From: an uncultured Christensenella sp.
GTDB lineage: Bacteria; Bacillota; Clostridia; Christensenellales; UBA1242
Assembly (NCBI GenBank): GCA_949300385.1
Contig: CASGDZ010000002.1
Location: 111,758-175,757 of the forward strand
Reading direction: 5' to 3'
DNA: 64,000 nt
Shown here: in pieces, positions 60,880 through 64,000 of the stretch
How positions within the stretch are numbered: position 1 is the stretch's first letter
Layout: the number at the start of each line of letters is the position of its first letter
Notes under the pieces: generated by a model
Told to the model about the DNA's origin: nothing
The model's database searches: none
Seen by the model: only the letters and a program-made list of their open reading frames with translations
Translations under genes and position numbers: made by a program

Positions 60880-61842
60880 ATGGGTAAAGAATTAGATTTA
60901 AGTATTTGGGACGAAATTGAAGACCTTCATGATTTTGATAAGTCACTTATTTCTAAGAAAATCAATTATATCGAGAAAAAGAAACAAGAAAATAATGAAA
61001 TTAGAGAGTTGATTGCTGAAAAAAATAAGCGTATCGATATGGATTATGTTCGAGATTCTGATTTAATTGAAAATATTGTAGATATAACTGTAAAAGAAGG
61101 CGAAGATATTGAAGTTGAGTATATAAATGATGAGGGTGAAATTTCAAAAAAAATAATTCATTTTACAACACATTTAGATGCAGTAAATGAAGCAATAACG
61201 CAAGCCAGAAAAGATAAAGAGATATATAAGAATACAGGAATTATGCCTCCACTTACTATTGATTTTATTGAACATATTCATGAATTATTATTTAGAACAT
61301 ATATTCTTTTTAATACAAGAATTGATAAATATACTTCTAGACCAATGTCACCTGATGGATATGGTAAATTTAGAGAGACCGTGCTTATAAATGGGAAACC
61401 ACATAAATATAATGTTGAAGTTGAAGAATGCTCATGGATAACTCCTAGTGATAGTGACGATGTTCGCGAGCATATGAAACAATTAGTAGATAAATATAAC
61501 AATTCAAAACTAAATCCAATTTTAAAAGCGATAATTTTTAAAATTATGTTAATTAATATGCAACCTTTTAGAGATGGCAATAAGCGGACTTCTAGAATTA
61601 TGCTAAATTATATGCTAGTTAGAAATGGGATACCAACTGTAACTATAATGGCTAAACAAAAAGAAGAATATTTTAAGGCTATTCATGATGCAGTAGTAGA
61701 TAAAAATTATAAACCAATTATAAATTTAGTTTTAAATTCGCTTGATTATAGGTGTGATGAATATATAAATCTTATTAAAGCATATGAAGAAAACAAACTT
61801 GAAGAGAAAAATATAAATGGTACGACAATAAATTTAAATTAA
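60880..61842 (+). CDS. Fic/Doc family protein with non-canonical active-site motif
   Basis: IEHIHELLF, GKFRE and QPFRDGNKRTSR motifs; N-terminal SDLIEN inhibitory-type motif. Confidence 0.88.
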   Translation: MGKELDLSIWDEIEDLHDFDKSLISKKINYIEKKKQENNEIRELIAEKNKRIDMDYVRDSDLIENIVDITVKEGEDIEVEYINDEGEISKKIIHFTTHLDAVNEAITQARKDKEIYKNTGIMPPLTIDFIEHIHELLFRTYILFNTRIDKYTSRPMSPDGYGKFRETVLINGKPHKYNVEVEECSWITPSDSDDVREHMKQLVDKYNNSKLNPILKAIIFKIMLINMQPFRDGNKRTSRIMLNYMLVRNGIPTVTIMAKQKEEYFKAIHDAVVDKNYKPIINLVLNSLDYRCDEYINLIKAYEENKLEEKNINGTTINLN

Positions 61843-61930
61843 ATAGTTGTTGTTTTAATTAAAAATGAATATAACTGTAAATTTTGTTAAATTCCATTAT
61901 ATAACTTCATAAATTATCTAAAAAACTATC

Positions 61931-61978
61931 GGTAAAATTGTTCAAACTATTGACAATTTTACCTTTTTTTTATATAAT
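61931..61978 (+). promoter_or_regulatory. sigmaA promoter of the str operon, overlapped by an 11-bp inverted repeat
   Basis: TTGACA(61950)-17bp-TATAAT(61973); GGTAAAATTGT...ACAATTTTACC (61931-61963). Confidence 0.85.
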
Positions 61979-62046
61979 TTACTTGTTATAGATTAAATGC
62001 TGCTATGTCTATATAAGAGGTTGCAAAAATTTATAAGGAGGAAATA

Positions 62047-62418
62047 ATGCCTACAGTTAATCAATTGGTTAGAAAAGGTAGAGTTAAACAAGTAGCTAAA
62101 AGTCAATCAATCCTTTTGGATGAATGTCCACAAAAGCGTGGTGTTTGTTTGTCTGTTACTACTACTACACCTAAAAAACCTAACTCAGCTTTGCGTAAGA
62201 TTTGTCGTGTTCGTTTGTCTAATGGTAAGGAAACAACTTGCTATATTCCAGGAGAAGGTCACAATCTTCAAGAGCACAATGTTGTATTGGTTCGTGGCGG
62301 AAGAGTGCCTGATCTACCAGGTGTTCGTTATCATGTTATCCGTGGCGCGCTTGATACAGCTGCTGTTCAAAAGCGTAAACAAGGTAGAAGTAAATATGGC
62401 GCTAAACGCCCTAAGTAA
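62047..62418 (+). CDS. rpsL: 30S ribosomal protein S12
   Basis: [17 protein letters not shown] and DLPGVRY motifs. Confidence 0.99.
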   Translation: MPTVNQLVRKGRVKQVAKSQSILLDECPQKRGVCLSVTTTTPKKPNSALRKICRVRLSNGKETTCYIPGEGHNLQEHNVVLVRGGRVPDLPGVRYHVIRGALDTAAVQKRKQGRSKYGAKRPK

Positions 62419-62514
62419 TTTAGCGTATAATATTTTTATTTCATAGTCGATATAGACAACTTAGTGTTGTCTTAATATAAAATTTTGTAATTTAATTATA
62501 TAAGGAGAAAAAAT

Positions 62515-62985
62515 ATGTCAAGAAGAAATGCAGCTGTAAAGCGCGAAGTATTGCCAGATCCAGTTTACAATTCAAAACTTGTTACAAAAATCGTTAACCA
62601 AGTTATGTTGGATGGCAAAAAAGGTCTTGCTCAATCAATCGTTTACAGCGCTATGAAAACTGCTGGCGAAAAGATTGGCGAAGATTCTTTAAATGTATTA
62701 ACTACAGCTATTGAGAATATTAAACCAAAACTTGAAACTAAAGCAAGAAGAGTTGGCGGTGCTAATTACCAAGTTCCTATGGAAATTAATGCTGATCGTC
62801 AACAAACATTAGCTATTCGTTGGTTAGTTCTATGCGCAAGAAAGCGTAATGAGCGCGGTATGGAAGCACGCCTTTCTGCTGAAATCGTCGATGCATACAA
62901 CCAAGCTGGTGGCGCTATCAAGAAGCGTGATGATATGCACAGACAAGCAGAGGCAAATAAAGCTTTCGCACACTATCGTTGGTAA
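62515..62985 (+). CDS. rpsG: 30S ribosomal protein S7
   Basis: [19 protein letters not shown] and [12 protein letters not shown] motifs. Confidence 0.99.
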   Translation: MSRRNAAVKREVLPDPVYNSKLVTKIVNQVMLDGKKGLAQSIVYSAMKTAGEKIGEDSLNVLTTAIENIKPKLETKARRVGGANYQVPMEINADRQQTLAIRWLVLCARKRNERGMEARLSAEIVDAYNQAGGAIKKRDDMHRQAEANKAFAHYRW

Positions 62986-62997
62986 TAGGGGGATATA

Positions 62998-64000
62998 ATG
63001 GCAAGACAAGTTCCGTTAGAGAAAATTAGAAATATTGGTATTATGGCACACATCGATACAGGTAAAACTACCACTACTGAGCGTATATTGTTCTATACTG
63101 GTATTAACCATAAAATCGGTGAGGTTCATGATGGTGAAGCAACAATGGACTGGATGGCTCAAGAGCAAGAGCGTGGTATTACTATCACATCTGCTTGTAC
63201 AACTTGTAAATGGCAAGATTGTACCATAAATATTATTGATACTCCAGGACACGTTGACTTTACAGTAGAAGTTGAGCGTTCATTGAAAGTGTTAGACGGC
63301 GCCGTTGCACTATTTAGTGCGCGTGCAGGTGTTCAAGCGCAAAGTGAAAATGTATGGCGTCAAGCATCAAAATTTAATGTTCCTCGTCTTTGTTTTATAA
63401 ACAAGATGGACATTAATGACGCAAATTTCTTAAAAGCTGTTACAAGCATTAGAGAAGTTTTAGGTGCTAACGCTGTGCCTATTCAATTGCCTATAGGTGA
63501 TGCTGAAACATTCAAAGGTATAGTTGATCTAGTTAAAATGAAAGCATATGTATTCTATGACGATTTAGGTAAAGATGTTAGAGAGGAAGAAATCCCTGCT
63601 GACATGCTTAAAGATTGTCAGGAATATAGACAAAAAATGATAGAATCAGTAGCAGAAACTGATGACGCTTTGCTTGATAAATTCTTCGCTGGAGAAGAAT
63701 TCACAATTGAAGAAATCAAGAGAGGTATTCGTACTGCTACATGTCAATTGAAGATGTTCCCAGTTTTATGCGGTACTGCTGCTAAGAATAAGGGTATTCA
63801 AGAGTTATTGGACGCAATCGTTGATTATATGCCAAGCCCAATCGATGTTCCACCTATTAAAGGTGTTATGTTAGACGGCACTACTGTTGAGAGAAACAAC
63901 AGCGATAGCGAACCTTTTGCAGCACTTGCATTCAAGATCGCTACTGACCCATATGTTGGTCGTATTACATTTATTCGTGTGTACAGTGGTAGTTTAAGTG
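62998..64000 (+). CDS. fusA: Elongation factor G, 3'-truncated by the window end (absent from the ORF track)
   Basis: Translated by hand: [35 protein letters not shown]...[17 protein letters not shown]...DTPGHVDF...NKMD...[11 protein letters not shown]. Confidence 0.98.
   Translation, partial: MARQVPLEKIRNIGIMAHIDTGKTTTTERILFYTGINHKIGEVHDGEATMDWMAQEQERGITITSACTTCKWQDCTINIIDTPGHVDFTVEVERSLKVLDGAVALFSARAGVQAQSENVWRQASKFNVPRLCFINKMDINDANFLKAVTSIREVLGANAVPIQLPIGDAETFKGIVDLVKMKAYVFYDDLGKDVREEEIPADMLKDCQEYRQKMIESVAETDDALLDKFFAGEEFTIEEIKRGIRTATCQLKMFPVLCGTAAKNKGIQELLDAIVDYMPSPIDVPPIKGVMLDGTTVERNNSDSEPFAALAFKIATDPYVGRITFIRVYSGSLS

Noticed and set aside
39389..61596. Possible CAA (Gln) -> His codon reassignment, suggested by L31 IQP (usually IHP) and Fic QPF (usually HPF)
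   Set aside because: CAA encodes the invariant Gln of the RF1 GGQ motif and other conserved Gln sites, so these are real substitutions.
60065..61842. Classical Phd-Doc type toxin-antitoxin operon
   Set aside because: The upstream gene is 189 aa, does not resemble Phd, and is separated by a terminator and a separate promoter. The Fic protein carries its own inhibitory-type motif.
1134..63252. Numerous 60-170 aa ORFs antisense to or overlapping the long genes in the ORF track
   Set aside because: They are shadows of the coding strand's codon bias, with no recognisable motifs and full or near-full overlap with well-supported genes.
40501..64000. Alternative genetic code (Arg codon or stop reassignment)
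   Set aside because: AGG, CGA and CGG fall at conserved Arg positions (L5 PRVRD, L36 KVRPS, Fic GNKR). TAG and TGA end genes at their expected C-termini.
1..64000. CRISPR array, diversity-generating retroelement, prophage, IS element, rRNA or tRNA
   Set aside because: I saw no spaced direct repeats, no reverse transcriptase, integrase or transposase motifs, no template/variable repeat pair, and no intergenic stretch resembling tRNA or rRNA. This was judged by eye only.

Overview
AT-rich bacterial chromosome segment, inferred to be from a low-GC, probably genome-reduced member of the Clostridia. The evidence is rpsD inside the alpha operon, a KOW gene between map and infA, an L17 with an internal insertion, and spoVG divergent from murC. 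The standard genetic code fits. The left ~37 kb holds three large secreted or surface proteins with GLUG-type (GG[LI][VI]G) modules: a 5'-truncated giant of >6,250 aa, a 3,007-aa mosaic adhesin-like protein and a ~1,077-aa protein. They are interleaved with a lipoprotein gene, comF, recD2 and mscL. These are followed by spoVG/murC, rpmE-prmC-prfA, two orphan genes, a complete S10-spc-alpha ribosomal cluster, a WG-repeat gene, an atypical Fic gene, and the str operon (rpsL-rpsG-fusA, truncated), which lies downstream instead of upstream of rpsJ. The ORF track misses rpmJ, fusA and the 5' extension of the giant ORF. Main leads: (1) the giant GLUG protein carries a single cationic/hydrophobic helical island ahead of a Tyr-rich tail, a toxin-delivery-like layout, within a possible multi-gene surface system with candidate Spo0A boxes; (2) a class II Fic protein with His->Gln and Doc-like Gly->Lys changes next to the EF-G operon; (3) unusual substitutions in the ribosomal exit-tunnel loops (L4, L22, L23), S12 (K88P), S11 and the EF-G P-loop; (4) systematic fusion of TAG stops with the next gene's Shine-Dalgarno (TAGGAG). 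No rRNA, tRNA, CRISPR array, transposase, integrase or reverse transcriptase was seen. All family calls come from motif recognition by eye; no database search was run.
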